DNA of 64,000 nucleotides from Eledone cirrhosa. Lineage: Eukaryota. The notes below the pieces were generated by a model. The model was not told the origin of the DNA. It saw only the letters and a list, made by a program, of their open reading frames with translations, and did no database searches. Below are positions 26,008 to 39,987 of the stretch, one piece after another. Every line of letters starts with the position of its first letter. Position 1 is the stretch's first letter. A program made the position numbers and the translations under genes. The stretch spans positions 127,968,001 to 128,032,000 of the forward strand of contig OZ024743.1 of NCBI GenBank assembly GCA_964016885.1. The letters run 5' to 3'.

Positions 26008-27046
26008 TTTTGTTTTTGTGTGGTGTTGCTGTTGTTGTTGTTGTTATCGTTGTTAGCCTCGGTGTTGGAAATATCAGTTCCTTGACGAGGTGAAACTTTA
26101 TGTGTAGATGTATCTGTGGAGTTGTTGATGTTTTTTTTTTCATGTGTATGTATGTTAATGGGTTTAATTCCTGTGTTTCATTTTTTTTCTGCTTCCACGG
26201 TAGAAACTGTACAATCTTCAAGTTGCAATATTTTTTTCCCTTTGTTGACAGTCGTATCTATGGCGACGTCCATAGTAGCAGAAGCAGATATAACGTTAAA
26301 ATCTGCCTCTTTCTCTCTCTTTTCTCTGTCGACGTTCTCCAGCGTTCCCTTCGTGATTATTCATGTTTTATAGTTGGCAAAATTTGATATTTTAAAACAA
26401 TTTTTATATTAAATTTAAAGCAGGTGCATGCCAGTGGAGGTTGGCAGCTAATAAGTTGTAGCTCGTTCTCTTAGCAAAACAAATGTAAATCTGAGCATTT
26501 CAGGAGCAAACAGGAAGGGAGCCACCAAAAATAATGTGGAAGCCACAAAGAGCGCATTTACTAAAGAGAAATTACCAGTGGGTTCTGTAGTATATATGTC
26601 AATTAGACACAGACTGTCGCTTGATCAATCTCGTTTGGCTCACCTGGATAAAAGTTCATGTTGTAAGACCCGAAAATGCAATAGCTCTAGGATATAACTC
26701 TGGCGATGTGTCCAAGGTTTTGAATTCGTGGGTGCATAAAGAACTTGAACTAGCTATAATTTCATTTCAATATTAGAAAAACGTAGTGCAGATATAACCC
26801 GAAGGTAACATAGAAAGCCACGAACATTGACACAAACCCCGGGACAAATTTGCAGATTGCTTAGAAAAAGACTCTATAGTGCACCCTCATTAACAAAGTC
26901 CTTTTTTTATATAGTGCTACCTCATTAACAAAAGACACACATATCCAAAGTGCAGAAACCAAAAGTGAGCTCTACAAAACCTGTTTATCTAGCACTTCGA
27001 ATAAATTCACATGTATTGCTACATATTGCCATTATTTCTCTTTAGA

Positions 27047-27362
27047 GAGTCGGACGCCATGCTTTCCAGCATAGTTACGTCTTTTTACGGTCTGAGTTCA
27101 AATCCCGCCGAGGTTAACTTTGCCTTTCATCCTTACGGGGTCGATAAAATAAAGTACTAGTAATGTACTAGGATAATTGCTGGCCTTGTGCCAAAAGTAG
27201 AAACAATTATTTCTCTTTACGTTCTGAGTTCAAATCCCGTTGAGGTTAGCTTTGCCTTTCATCCTTATGGGGTCGATAAAATAAATGCACTGGGATCGAT
27301 TTACTCGACTTTCTTCTCTCCCAAAATTGCTGGCCTTGTGATTAAATCAAAAACCATTATTT
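27047..27362 (+). mobile_element. Two adjacent tRNA-derived SINE copies
   Basis: gagttcaaatcccg...gcctttcatcctta.ggggtcgataaaat occurs twice. Confidence 0.85.
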
Positions 27363-27499
27363 CTGTACCAGAATCAGACTCGCCAGTTATTTATAAACAC
27401 ATAAATCCTTATGATTCAAGTAGTCAAATCTACTCTTTATTTTTCACCAGATGATTTTTCTAGTCCCACAAAAGATATCTTATTGAATCGACCTCCACC

Positions 27500-27817
27500 G
27501 GTTTCGTCGATGAGTGTTTCAGTTGTTCGATCAATCGAAATGCTCGTGAAATGAACGTGTAAGTGACTGAGCATTCTACGGACATGTGTACCCTGGATGT
27601 AATTCTCAGCGAAATTCAGCGTGGCTCAGTGAATGGTAAAGCTAGCCATTTTGATTACAAGTACAGTGCATCCAACAGCTTCTATACAGTTTCCAACGAC
27701 CCAATTTCACTCCCACGAATCACAGCTACGGTAAATAACACTTGCCCAAGATCCCACGCTGTAGTATCGAACTCGGGACTAAATTAGTTTAAAGAGAACT
27801 TCTTAACCATTCGGCTA
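27500..27817 (-). mobile_element. Diverged tRNA-headed SINE (third family; related copy ~33200-33510)
   Basis: Minus strand begins tagccgaatggttaagaagtt...gagttcgatac (A/B boxes). Confidence 0.6.
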
Positions 27818-28047
27818 CAGATATTTTATCACTGTTTCCTAATTGCAGAACATTACTTGTTTGTGTTTGCCAAAAATATAAGCTCTACATGCTTGTGTTT
27901 CTGGTAATTATAATCTCTATGCTGGTTTTCAATGCAATGTATTATATATGTTATCATTATTTCGCTTGTACTCTTATTTCGTTTAACTCCTTTCTAATAA
28001 CTTCCAGTTGAGAAGCTAATTATCATCTATTATTGAAACAGATATTT

Positions 28048-28141
28048 CATCATCATCATCATCATCATCATCATCGTCACATCGTTATCATTATCATCAC
28101 ATCGTCATCATCATCATATTGTCATCACAACTGCCACCACC

Positions 28142-28196
<55 letters not shown>

Positions 28197-28550
28197 TCAC
28201 ATCTAGATCATCCTCATCAGATAGTCATCAGCATCATCATCACCACATCGCCATCACCATCATTTCCTCATCATCCAATCGTCATTATCACCACCATCAT
28301 CATCGCATCGTCATCATCACATCGTCATCACCACCATCATCATCGCATCGTCATCATCTCATCGTCATCACCATTATCATCCAATCGTCATTATCACCAC
28401 CATCATCATCGTATCGTCATCATCACATCGTCATCACCACCATCATCATCACATCGTCATCACCATCATCATCACATCGTCATCATCACCATCATCATCA
28501 TCATGTCATCGTCATCCTCATCATCGTCGTCGTTCTCGTCATCATTATTA
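28048..28550. repeat. (CAT)/(CAC)/(CAA) trinucleotide low-complexity tract
   Basis: Degenerate catcatcat/caccaccac/acaacaaca runs. Confidence 0.9.
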
Positions 28551-29220
28551 TCAAGGTCATTACTAAAGACAGTCCACAATCCTAAGTAGGTGCAACCTCC
28601 AATTCATTTAAGAGAAGATTTTATTCTCACATTCATTCCTTTAAAAATCTTAAATTAGCTAATACCACCTTACTAGCCAAAACTGTTAAATTTTAAATGA
28701 AAAATATAGCCTACAACCTAAAATGGAGTGTCCTGAAGGGAACTAAGTCATATGAACGGGAATTGACTTTGCCTTTCATCCTTACGGAGTCGATAAAATA
28801 AAGTACCAGTAATGCACTGGGTATTTGCTGGCCTTGTGCCAAAAAGTAGAAACAATTATTATCATCATCATCACCACAATCATCACCATCCTCATACAGT
28901 ACTACATGCAACCCTACATAGAATCCTCTATACATATATATATACAGTTCTCCTATATTACAAAATCCTCCATACATACATTCCTATATGTATGTGATCC
29001 TGTAAACCCTGATAGAGTCGTAGGGGCGCCGGCTTGACATACGGGGTTTCTTGGGCATTTTAAGCCTGGGCCTGGGCACAGCAGATTTCTTCCAGAGAAA
29101 GACAGAAAGTGAGAGGAGAAAGATATATAGAGGAAGAATCGACTCCAGTATTAGACTGGTACTTTTTTTTATCGACCTCGAAAAGATGAAAGGCAAAGTT
29201 GACCTCGGTGGGTTTGAATT

Positions 29221-29510
29221 CAGAGAGCTGAGGCAACCTGCGGCCCGAAAAGCTTTCTGAATGGCTCGCCTAAGTCACCTAAGCGAAATCTTTCTGATTT
29301 TTTTACTCCAACTTTTCAGTCGTAATTTATCTTTCTAACATTTTTACGATCGAAGAAAACAACGTGTACGAATTCTGAAGAAACAAATCAAAACAACCTG
29401 AGTTATCGCCCTTTTTTATGTGGGCCCGAATATAAATTAGCGCTTGCGGCCCGCCTGAGGATGAGCCATATCTCATGCGGCCCGCTTCTCGAAAAAGGTT
29501 GCCCTCGCCT
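29221..29510. mobile_element. Probable hAT-type MITE (degraded)
   Basis: gaggcaacct...aggttgccctcgcctg termini with subterminal gcggcccg repeats; interior shared with 12629-12770. Confidence 0.55.
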
Positions 29511-29871
29511 GCCATAAAGTATTTAATCCGACGTTCTAACAACTCTGCCAATTCGCTGCCTTCACACTCCTACATATAACAACACTCACTAATGTTTGAT
29601 AAAATATACTTTATCATCTAAAAAGAAGTAACAGGTTTTATATTTAAGTAGTTATATGATGTAAATCTAACAGAATCTACAACGATTTAGCAAATAAAAA
29701 AGGACAACATTGATTGGCTTATCTTTAACATTGCAATAGCTTACATAAACGGAGGTAATCAAACTGTCTGCTGTCATTCTTCACTTATAATGGTTGCCTT
29801 TCTTCATGTTTTCCCACCGCAATTATTTCTGGTTGTTGGACTGATGATGTGTTTTTCTTGATGTGTGCATG

Positions 29872-29902
<31 letters not shown>

Positions 29903-29908
29903 GTGTGT

Positions 29909-29952
<44 letters not shown>

Positions 29953-29988
29953 CTTTCTCGCTTCTTTTTCTCTCTCTCTCTCTCTCGT

Positions 29989-30057
<69 letters not shown>

Positions 30058-30059
30058 GG

Positions 30060-30392
30060 TGGGTGAAAGCACATTGCTTAGTGGTTAGATCGTTGGGCTA
30101 GCAATTGAGTGGTTGTGAGTCCCGCACCGGGTGATGCGTTGTCTCCTTGAGCAAGACACTTTATTTTACGTTGCTCCAGTTTACTCAGCTGTAGAAATCA
30201 GTTGCGACGTCTCTGGTGCCAAGCTCTATCAGCCATTGCCTTTCCTTTGGACATTATCGATGGCGTGGAGGGGCGAGACTAGAATGCATGGGTGACTGCT
30301 GGTCTTCCACAGACAAACCATGCCCGGGCTTGTGCCTCGGAGGGAAGTTTTCTGGGTGCGAAACTAAGTTCATTAGTGACCGAAGAGGGCCT
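30060..30392 (+). mobile_element. Diverged SINE (tRNA-like head; related copy 55715-55980)
   Basis: tagtggttagatcgttgg...ttgagcaagacacttta...cctttcctttggaca...tgcatgggtgactgctgg. Confidence 0.6.
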
Positions 30393-30852
30393 TAAAAATA
30401 TATGTGTATGTCTGTGTGTGTGTGTGTGTATGTGTGTGTGTGTGTGTGAGTGTGCATGTTTGTGTGCGTGTGTGTCTGTGTGTGCCCAATCCATGCTAGC
30501 GTGGAAAGCGAACGTAAAATGCTCATCATGCTATAAATATATAATCATATATAATATAAATACATTATATATTATGTGTGTGTGCGTGCCTGTGTCTGTG
30601 TGTGTGGCTGTGTGTGTGTATCAGGGCTTATCGTTACCTTGTAAATATATGTTGTTCACCGGACACTGACAGCCAACAATCAGGAAGCAATTTGTTTTAA
30701 GCAGAAAACAGGGAAAAAAACACCACAAAAGTAGTATAAAAGAGAATGTTGATGTCTGGAGAAAGATAAATTGGTTGAGATATCTACAATAGAAGCCAGT
30801 TAAGAAATGGTAGAACTTTCATGTTTATATATATATACAGTATATATATACA

Positions 30853-30898
<46 letters not shown>

Positions 30899-31104
30899 AA
30901 GGCAGAGTTAATAACTCATACTGATACCCTGTAATTAACAAGCTCAAAGTATAAATACTGAGCATTTTAATAATATATGTAGGAATAAAAACAGTAAATC
31001 GTAATTTTAGACACACGATTTACTGTGTTTATTACTACATATATTTTATATATATATGTATACACATACATACACACACAACACGCACACACACATTTAT
31101 GTAT

Positions 31105-31597
31105 ACAGTTTTCCCCCTGAATTCGCGGGGATTTCGTTCCTAGAGCAGCAGCAAAGAGTGAAAAACCGCGAATATTGGACGTGGTCCATAAAAATGCCTA
31201 TAAAAGTCAAAATATAACGTAAAATATAATTGTTTCTACGTTAGGCACAAGGCCAGCAATTATCCCAGTGCATTACTGGTACTTTATTTTATCGACCCCG
31301 TAAGGATGAAAGGCAAAGTTAACCTCGGCGGGATTTGAACTCAGATCGTAAAATATAATAAAAGCGAGGGAGTATACTGTTACTCTCTAAAATGCTCAGT
31401 TAGCAGATAAGTAAGGTATACTGTTATTAATAATTTAGCGTTAAAATATATATATATATTACCATAAAAAAAGCCATTAAAAAATTGTGGAAGATATTTA
31501 TGATTCCGCGAATATGCGGTGGTTTCCACGAACAATTATTAGTTATTTTCTAAGGAAAATTTCGCGAATAACTGGGACCGCGAATGCCGGAGATACA

Positions 31598-31600
<3 letters not shown>
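31105..31600. mobile_element. Tc1/pogo(Tigger)-type MITE with a nested SINE fragment (31228-31350); second copy inverted at ~35790-36090
   Basis: ta|cagttttccccctgaattcgcgg ... ccgcgaatgccggagatacagtg|ta termini; interior matches the reverse complement of 35800-36080. Confidence 0.7.
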
Positions 31601-31658
<58 letters not shown>

Positions 31659-32510
31659 AAAAGTAAACGGAAAACAACATACCAAACGATACAGTACAAT
31701 GAACATATTAGTTTAACGCTTGATATAGTAAGAAAAGAGTCTTAATGTCTTGGACGCTAGGCCTTCATCAGAAGATAGAATGGAAAATAAAAGAAGAAAT
31801 AGAAAGAGTGAGAAGAGGAAGGAGAGGAAGAAACAGAAACAATTGTTTTTATTAGAAAAAGCATGTGCATGTTTAGCCAGTCATTTTGGAAAAATATATG
31901 TCAGAAGATATCTTAGATATTAGAGAGGTTTTGAAAGCGGGGTATTCTTTGTATATGTTGAGTAGGCGTGCGTGTGTGTGTAAGCTTCGGGTATGATGAT
32001 ATGGCGGTTCAACAGCAAACGGCTGAATTACGAAGTTTGGAGTCATTGTATGTCTCTGGGTGTGTGTTTATATGTGTGTACATGCTTGTAGCGGAGCTTA
32101 GATATATGTATAAATGCTGTTTGATTTATTCTTTAGTTCAAACATTTCTCATATGATTTTTTTTTTGTTTCACTAATTCTGTAGACATAGGAATGTGTTT
32201 AAATGGATTGTATATATAAAATACCTTTGTGGATTCTATTTTGGAACATTCCATGGAACGTACAGAATATACTGCGTACATTTTATCGAGGCACGAACAC
32301 TAACACATTGTAGGGTGTTGTGGGTGCGTTTTATCATGTCCCCTTCACTTGAGAGCTTATCACAGACTGTAGAGTCCTCTCAAACCATATATTGTTTCCG
32401 ATTGCAAAACAGGATAACCGCTGATCTCTCATCACGTTTACTTTCAGTGTCGTAGCACTTGTACTGATGCACGGACCTTTTGTATTAGGACATTTCACCT
32501 CAATATTAAA

Positions 32511-32594
32511 TATTGGGTCGTAAAATATGAAATTTGTAGAAATTTGTTGTTTTTTTTACAAATTTCTACCAATTTCATACTTGACGACTCAATA
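32511..32594. repeat. Short inverted repeat (37-bp arms)
   Basis: tattgggtcgtaaaatatgaaatttgtagaaatttgt / acaaatttctaccaatttcatacttgacgactcaata. Confidence 0.7.
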
Positions 32595-34054
32595 TATGTT
32601 TTGGTTTCTGGGTTTATTTGTCTATTCCCAATAAATAATAATTGTTTCTACTTTTGGCACAAGGCCAGTAATTAGCCAATACATTACTGGTATTTTATTT
32701 TATCGACCCCATAAGGATGAAAGGCAAAGTTAACCTCGGCGGGATTTATAATGTTATTTCTATTCCAGTTCAGTCATTTGATTGGAAATTAAATTAAACA
32801 ATAGTGGTTACTTGAAGTTGAGAATGACTTGATAGTGTGTACCAAGTTTTTGCTAATTGTCTTCGGTGTCTATGCGGTTGCGAGCAGAAAGAAAAACCTT
32901 CTCGACCCCACTCTCTTCACCCAGCAAGACATCCAGAATGAGACAACTAGGAGTGAGGGGACGCTGCTCCTTGACAGTTCGACTGGTACTTTCTTTATCG
33001 AACCCAAAATGATGAAAGAGAAACTACACCGCAGTAGAGATTGAACGAAAATCTCAGAGAGTCGAAACAAATGGCTTTGTTTCATAGAACCAAAGCCAGT
33101 TTGGGACGGGAAGGCATAATTTAGATAGAAGCACTTTAAAATGGGCCGGTTGGTATCAATAAAGATAAAGTCACTGGTCGGTGGTTTCGATGATGACCAT
33201 CCAGTCATTCAGTCAACTATACATCTGACTCGTGAATTAATGTGTATTTGGTTGAGTAGTCTACAGTCATGTGTACTTTTAACGTAATTCACGAGCTGAA
33301 TTAGTCTGATACAATATGTGACAAAGTTGGACTTTTGAATTACAGGCTCCATTCATCCGACGGGCTTCCATAGAGTTTCCGCCAACCTTATTTCATTGAC
33401 AAGGCTTAGGCCGACCCGATACTATGGTAAATTCACTTGTTCAAGATGCGATGCATTGAGCTCAAACCCGTGTCTTCATGATTGCAAAGCGAACTTCTAA
33501 ACCACGCAGCCATACATTTGCGACCATACAGATAGGATACGAACTAGCTAATGACACCTATGACTCATCAATTAATACTGTATCAACCCAAACATCTGTG
33601 TTGCTATTTGATGACGCCATCTTTTTATTCACGAATATTTGGGTATGCTGGTGTCTTATTTGATATATACTCAATGTACACTTTTCTTTCTCAGTTTAGA
33701 TTATTTTCCTGGCTAAAATTGCTCCTTAATTCTTCTCTTGAATGGCTGGAAAACAAATGCCCCTCGTTTAAGAATCACTGGCCTATAGTGATGGACGCCA
33801 TTAGTCAAAATGAACAAAATAACTGAGTCTTTACAAACGATGTTATAAAGCATTAACTCGATTTTTCCATTTAAGATTTACATTCCAAAATTCCTTGGTT
33901 TTCTTTTATTCCTTCTTTTAAGACGTTATCTAAATATATAGTTATATTGTAATGTGTTGACGTCATTCTCTGCTGCTGTTGTTTGATATTTCTGATATTT
34001 ATATATATATATATTCACATATTTATATATGTATACACACACACACACACACAC

Positions 34055-34142
<88 letters not shown>

Positions 34143-34638
34143 ATAGGAAGAGAGCGAATGAGAGAAAGGGAGAGAGAAATGAATAGACAGATAAACAGAT
34201 AGATAGCGCGAACTCGTTATCTTACTTATAGCATATTAGCCTTATTACATAGCTGTACCTATATTCACACATACATAGAAGAGAAACAGCCCCTTAGACA
34301 CACACACAAATGGGTAGATAAAAAGACAGTAAGATAGAATTACAAAGTACATATTGATATTTCCGCGAGAGAAATTGACACTTTTTTTTGTGTTAAATGT
34401 ATGTACATAATCGTAATGCATGCATTCAAGAAATATATTTGCAAACTATGCATATTTACGGAAGTTGTGAAGAAACAAAGTGAGGTGGGGCAGTAAACTC
34501 TACTTATATATAAATATATATATGATTCCAGTTCCTAAGAGAAATAACAACACTACCAGGAGCTGGACATATCGATGGATTGACGGAGTAAAACACACTT
34601 CAACAACATGTGTACCTGTCCTTCCCACACCAATTCGG

Positions 34639-34693
34639 ACTGCCTGAAGAGGTCACAGCCAATGATGGCTGTCACCGAAATATATATAGCTGT
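34639..34693 (+). ncRNA. Type I hammerhead ribozyme in a TA-flanked insert (~34523-34750)
   Basis: actgc CTGAAGA ggtcacagcca-atga-tggctgtcacc GAAA tatata T A gctgt. Confidence 0.8.
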
Positions 34694-34744
34694 ATATCTA
34701 TAATTTGTAATAAACGAAGCCAAATTTTACATATTTGACTTAAT

Positions 34745-34777
<33 letters not shown>

Positions 34778-34903
34778 ATGAGTATAACCGAAGTTGCAGC
34801 TGCAAGTAGCAGATTCGCATCGATTTTCAAAGGCTGTCACAAAGCACATATATATATTAAGAAAGACGGTTTTATTAGTACATCTTCATTTCATTACATA
34901 ATT

Positions 34904-34972
34904 CTATTATACGTATTTCAAAGATGCCAGAGTGGTTATATAACAACCCACTGGCATGTTTTCATCAGATAG
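34904..34972 (-). ncRNA. Type I hammerhead ribozyme
   Basis: Minus: ctat CTGATGA aaacatgccagtgggttg-ttat-ataaccactctggcatcttt GAAA tacgta T A atag; palindromic ATACGTAT. Confidence 0.82.
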
Positions 34973-36542
34973 TGTAAGATGTATTTTCCTATCTACTGAT
35001 TTGTTACTGATTTCTCACGGTGTTTACATCGGTGCCTAGTACACATATAAATAGTATTAGTATTCTAGTAGTTATATGTGGATTGGGAGACTATATTGTT
35101 GTTGGCATCTTGTGACTGCAAGTAGGTTACGGTATCAAATTACCAGAGCGGTCATTTTCAAGTTCATATATTTCGCAGATTTGGCTTGAATGAACTAATT
35201 TGTTCTTTTTATTTTTTAACTTAATTCTACGTGTTTATATTTCTATCCTAGGTATTAATTATTGGATAAGGAGATTTCCGTGTAACTATGTATTGATGTA
35301 TGGTTTAGTAATTATTTTATGGTCTATTTTAATTACGGAAGCGTTAACTAAATATTCTCCGGAAAGTTTTCGAGGTTTTATGCATACAGGTGTTAAATAT
35401 GTTGAAGTGTTTATTAATAACTTTGTATCATCTATTTATAATATTTTCCACACTACCAAAGCTTGGACTAGTCTTCAGCGACCAGGAAGGTAATCACTGA
35501 TTTCTCCCCCACCCTCGTAATGGATGGTAAATCCGAAAAGTTTTGGGACTAATAAATTTCTAAGGTAACTCTCAGTAATTCTTTTCTTTTAGTTTCTTTC
35601 TCACACTTTTTGCTTTCTACCTCAGCTCTCTCAGTTCTCTTCCGACTAGTTACCTTGATAATTCTAAGTCAGTTGCATTGCACGGCTTCCTAAACATACC
35701 CACTTTCTATTTTTATATTCCACAATGGTTCAAGCAAATCTCTACACTCTATTACACACACATACGTGTTACTTTAAATAATACTGAGTGTACATTCGCC
35801 ATTCACGGTCCCGGTTATTTGCGGAATTTTCTTTAGAACCTAACTAATAATTGTTCGTGGAGACCACCGCATATTCGCGGAATCCTTAATATCTTCCATG
35901 ATTTTTTAATGGTTTTTTCGTGGCAATATATATATTTTTCACACTTTTTAACGCTAAATTATTGACAACCGTATTTGCCGGCCTATATCTTACGTCATGT
36001 TTTGACGTTTATAGGCATTTTTATGGACCACGTCCAATATTCGCGGGTGTTCTAGGAACGTAGCCCACGCGAATACCGGGCGACAACAGTATATATATAT
36101 AAGCAAGCAAGAATGAAGTATCAATTTGGCATCTTATACATATTTTATTCGCTCGTGACGCCGCGCGTTTCGAAGTTGATCAGCGAAAGTTAGAATAGGG
36201 CATGATCGTCTGCTCTGGAATCGGTAGCTCCTCAGACGCGTGGATTTTCTAATGTGACATAGTACATCAGTCACTAGAATTATCGTGTCACCCCATTATA
36301 TATACGCGCAAAGCGCTGTCTTTTCATTCTGGGTGTTACAGTTATCAATAACCGGTGGCGATACAAACGACGAATCCTACATTGGTAGCTGGATAAAAGT
36401 AATATCATTGAGTGCTCAAACTGGTGAACCATCAGTAACTTAACATTACACACAAATCAACTACATACATGCATACATACATACATACATACATACATAC
36501 ATACATACATACATACATACATACATACATACATACATACAT

Positions 36543-37420
36543 CCTGATTCACAAAAGAGATAGGGATGCAGGCAAAACACCTAGATGTGATAACAAGTGC
36601 AGACTCTGCAGAACTAACATTGAAGATATCACCCATGTCATCAGCAGCTATCCAAAGATGTCATCGCGGTACTATCTACCTATGAGGCATGAAGTAGTGG
36701 CCAAAACACTGTACAATGCAGTTCGTAAAAAAGATAGCCCCGATAATAAACACATTAAAAGTTACAGCAATGTGGAAGACATCCATGTACATAATATGAA
36801 AGAGTACTGGTGGAATGTTTCAGTAAAAAACCCAATAAAATGCAGGCATAACAGACCAGATATTATGATATGGGACAGGGAGAAGAAAACATGCACAGTA
36901 GTGGCAATTAGCTGCACAGCAGATGCCAATATAATATCAAAAATTAGCGAAAAGGAGAATATTTATGCAGAACTGATGAGAAATCTGCTGATACTCCACC
37001 CTGATTACACCTTCAGATTTATACCTGTGATTATTGGGGCACAGGGATATGTTAGTAACTGCCTCAATACAAATCTTGAGAAGCTAGGCTTCACAGGAAC
37101 AGAAAGAACACAACTAGTTAGGAAATTACAAGTACAATCCATTAATGGAACAGTAAAAATATGTAAAACATTCCAAAAGTTTTGCATCTAATAACTGCAT
37201 ATACACATGTACAGATACAAAGCATATACACATGCACACATACAACTCAAAACATGCGCATCCACACATACAATAACATTCATATCTACACATGCATGCA
37301 TACATACATAATCTACCTAGTTGATGTTGTGTAAATTCCAATGAGAGAGTCTTGTATCTATGTTAGAAACCGACTCTCTCTCTATTGGGAAACAATTTGT
37401 GAAATTATAAAACCAGAAGA
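36543..37420 (+). mobile_element. 5'-truncated R4/Dong-type non-LTR retrotransposon (zinc finger + restriction-like endonuclease) inserted in (ACAT)n
   Basis: Open frame to 37191: CRLC...EDITHV, RHEVVAK, HNRPDIMIWD, SEKENIY, IPVIIGA; (ACAT)n at 36463-36542 and 37421-37500. Confidence 0.88.
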
Positions 37421-38019
37421 ACATACATACATACATACATACATACATACATACATACATACATACATACATACATACATACATACATACATACATACAT
37501 GATGGCTGCCCTCACGTTATCGATTACGGCCATTTCACAATATACCATTATTAATTATTATTAATTAATTCTATCGTGCAATACCTGTGCGTGAAGATTT
37601 TTTTTTAAGTGAGGGAAGACTGTGCACTGAGCCAATCCCGCTCTCTGAGCGACAGTAGCTATAACCCGAAAAGAAGAAAAGATCAACATCATCGGTAACT
37701 ACTGAGCCGCAGGTTTATGTCGGAGTTATCCCAGTTTCCTGAGTTGCCCTCTCCTAGAAGAATGCCCTGACAAAGGCTAGAAGTCCTTCACTCCCTGTGG
37801 TTTAACCGCGCAATCGGGTATCCAGCCCGACTATTTCTATGTCCTCGTGCATATACATACACATACATATGTATAGACATATTTACACATTTTTGGATGG
37901 CCGTTGACTCTTATGAGTTCTTCTGCCCTTTGTTAGGTTTTGTTTTTTGTCCTGCAGGGTGTCCAAAATCACCCTCCTCACCAAGTAAACTTGGTGGGGT
38001 TGCCGGTTTAGTCGCCGAC

Positions 38020-39193
38020 AACCTTATCTGGTATAATCCCATTTTTAATGCTTCGGTTAGTACAAAACTATCTCTTTCATTCTTTCAGTTAATCAACAAT
38101 CATTTCCCTAGTTCCCATAAATACAGTAAAATTCTGAACTCTAAAACTATTAAGCTATCATACTCCACTGCACCAAACCTTGAAGCATACATAAAAAAAC
38201 TTAACTTAAAGCAATTAAACAACACTACAAAACAAAATATTTTAATAACAGATGAGCATAACGTAATATCGGCCTCCAGCCACTAAATGGGAAACAGGTA
38301 TTACACAACCCACCTGTACTGCTATCCCAACCTATCCATGGTATACCCGCTACCCACAACAAAAACTGTAACTGCCACCTACCTGAAAGTAGTCCATTGA
38401 AGAATAAATGCCTAAAGTCCAACATTGTTTACCAATGCACTGTTCAATCGAACGACCAGAAATGGTATTACATCGGGTCTACCACTACCTCCTTTAAATC
38501 TCGCTGGTATCGTCATCGATTCTCAATTAAACATCCCATCACCGTTTTGTGACCACGCTCGCCAACAAGACCTGGCAACTCCGTGAACGCAACCAACAGT
38601 TCACCTTGAAATGGGATATACTTTCCAGCGCTAGTGCATATCGGAGTGGATTGAAGTACTGTAGGTTATGTAACCTTGAACTCTTTTACATCTTAAAATC
38701 CAAAAATAAATTACTAAATGATAGAATCGAACGATCATTATACTGCAACCACAAACTGAAGGCTAAATTCTCTCACTATAAAATAACTTAACATTCGAAC
38801 CCGTAACTATAAAATTGCTTTCTAGTTAACCACTTTCTCTTCCCCCACACTACAAGACAATACCCTGCTTATCACTATAAATGAAAACTTAGTGTAATTT
38901 GTAGATTACTACTATGAACTCAATGTACACCCACCCCATAGCTTTTGTCTGTCTCCTCTCTATCTCTCCCTCTCTATCCATTCCCCCCTCTCTCTCTCTC
39001 TCTCGTCCTAGGTCCACCTCCCTCCCTCTCCACATCTGTGAACCTGCCCTCTGTGGCAATAAATAATTCCAACCTTGACTATCAACGCATCGCTTAAGGT
39101 GGTCGCTTTAAGAGTAACCAGTATAATAAAACCCCTACCACAACATTTTGATTAAGATATCTACAAACCACTCTCTCCCATTTCTCCAACCAC

Positions 39194-39265
<72 letters not shown>

Positions 39266-39535
39266 CCCCTTCTTTTCTATCTTCCTTTTCTACTCTATCT
39301 TCCCCAATAACCTCACTTAAGGGTATTTACATTTTACATTTTAACCATTCTGCTCTGATGATACAGTGGTCACAGCATTTGATAATTGAGTTTTGCAAAT
39401 AGTTATAAATTTGCACATAACTAGGCTGTATAACTAGGCTGCATAACTACGCTGTATAACCACCGTGGAAACATTTGTAAGCACACAGAATAAATTACCT
39501 TTTTATGATGTCTACCTGTTATTATTCATTCTTTA
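38020..39535 (+). mobile_element. 5'-truncated Penelope-like element: GIY-YIG endonuclease region, 3' UTR and hammerhead-bearing pseudo-LTR ending in (TA)n
   Basis: IWYNPIFN...HFPSSHKYSKILN..TIKLSYS; NCNC...KCLKSNIVYQCTV...YYIGST; TTLANKTWQL...CRLCNLE...LLNDR...CNH; frameshifted. Confidence 0.88.
39351..39483 (+). ncRNA. Hammerhead ribozyme with extended stem II in the Penelope-like 3' end
   Basis: tgct CTGATGA tacagtggtcacagc...gctgtataaccaccgtg GAAA catttg T A agca; small internal triplication taactaggctg. Confidence 0.72.
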
Positions 39536-39757
39536 TTATATATATATATATATTATATGTTGTTTACTTGTCTCACTCGCTTTACGCGTTTCACTTGTCC
39601 CAATAGCTTATTTTAGTTATTGCTCGCACCAACGTGAGGTATATGATTTTTAATGCGATGAAATACCAATGATCATTGGCAAATCACTGATGAGGGACTA
39701 ATTTTATAATATGTAATCCATGTGCAACCATGCAGTATTCTTCTCCCCATATTTTTC

Positions 39758-39823
<66 letters not shown>

Positions 39824-39951
39824 GGTAAACAGAAATAACAACACAATCTGTACAGTATATGGAAGGTATATATTAGGTTAACGCTTGATATAGCAGGAAG
39901 AGGGTCTTAAGTTTTCGGACGCTAGTCCTTCATAAAAAGAATGTCCAGTTC

Positions 39952-39987
<36 letters not shown>

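Larger units (their letters stand above)
20761..26520 (-). mobile_element. Near full-length L1/Tx1-type LINE (5' boundary approximate), 3' end abutting (TCTA)n
   Basis: ORF1 plus APE-RT ORF2 on minus, ~230-bp 3' UTR, then (GATA)n on plus at ~20687-20760. Confidence 0.9.

Noticed and set aside
28119-28589. His/Ser/Thr-rich 156-aa ORF
   Set aside because: Trinucleotide low-complexity tract with no domain and no splice evidence
36160-36242. Minus-strand hammerhead (ctgagga...gaaa cgcg)
   Set aside because: The UH cleavage site reads CG and stem II is unclear; at best a decayed copy
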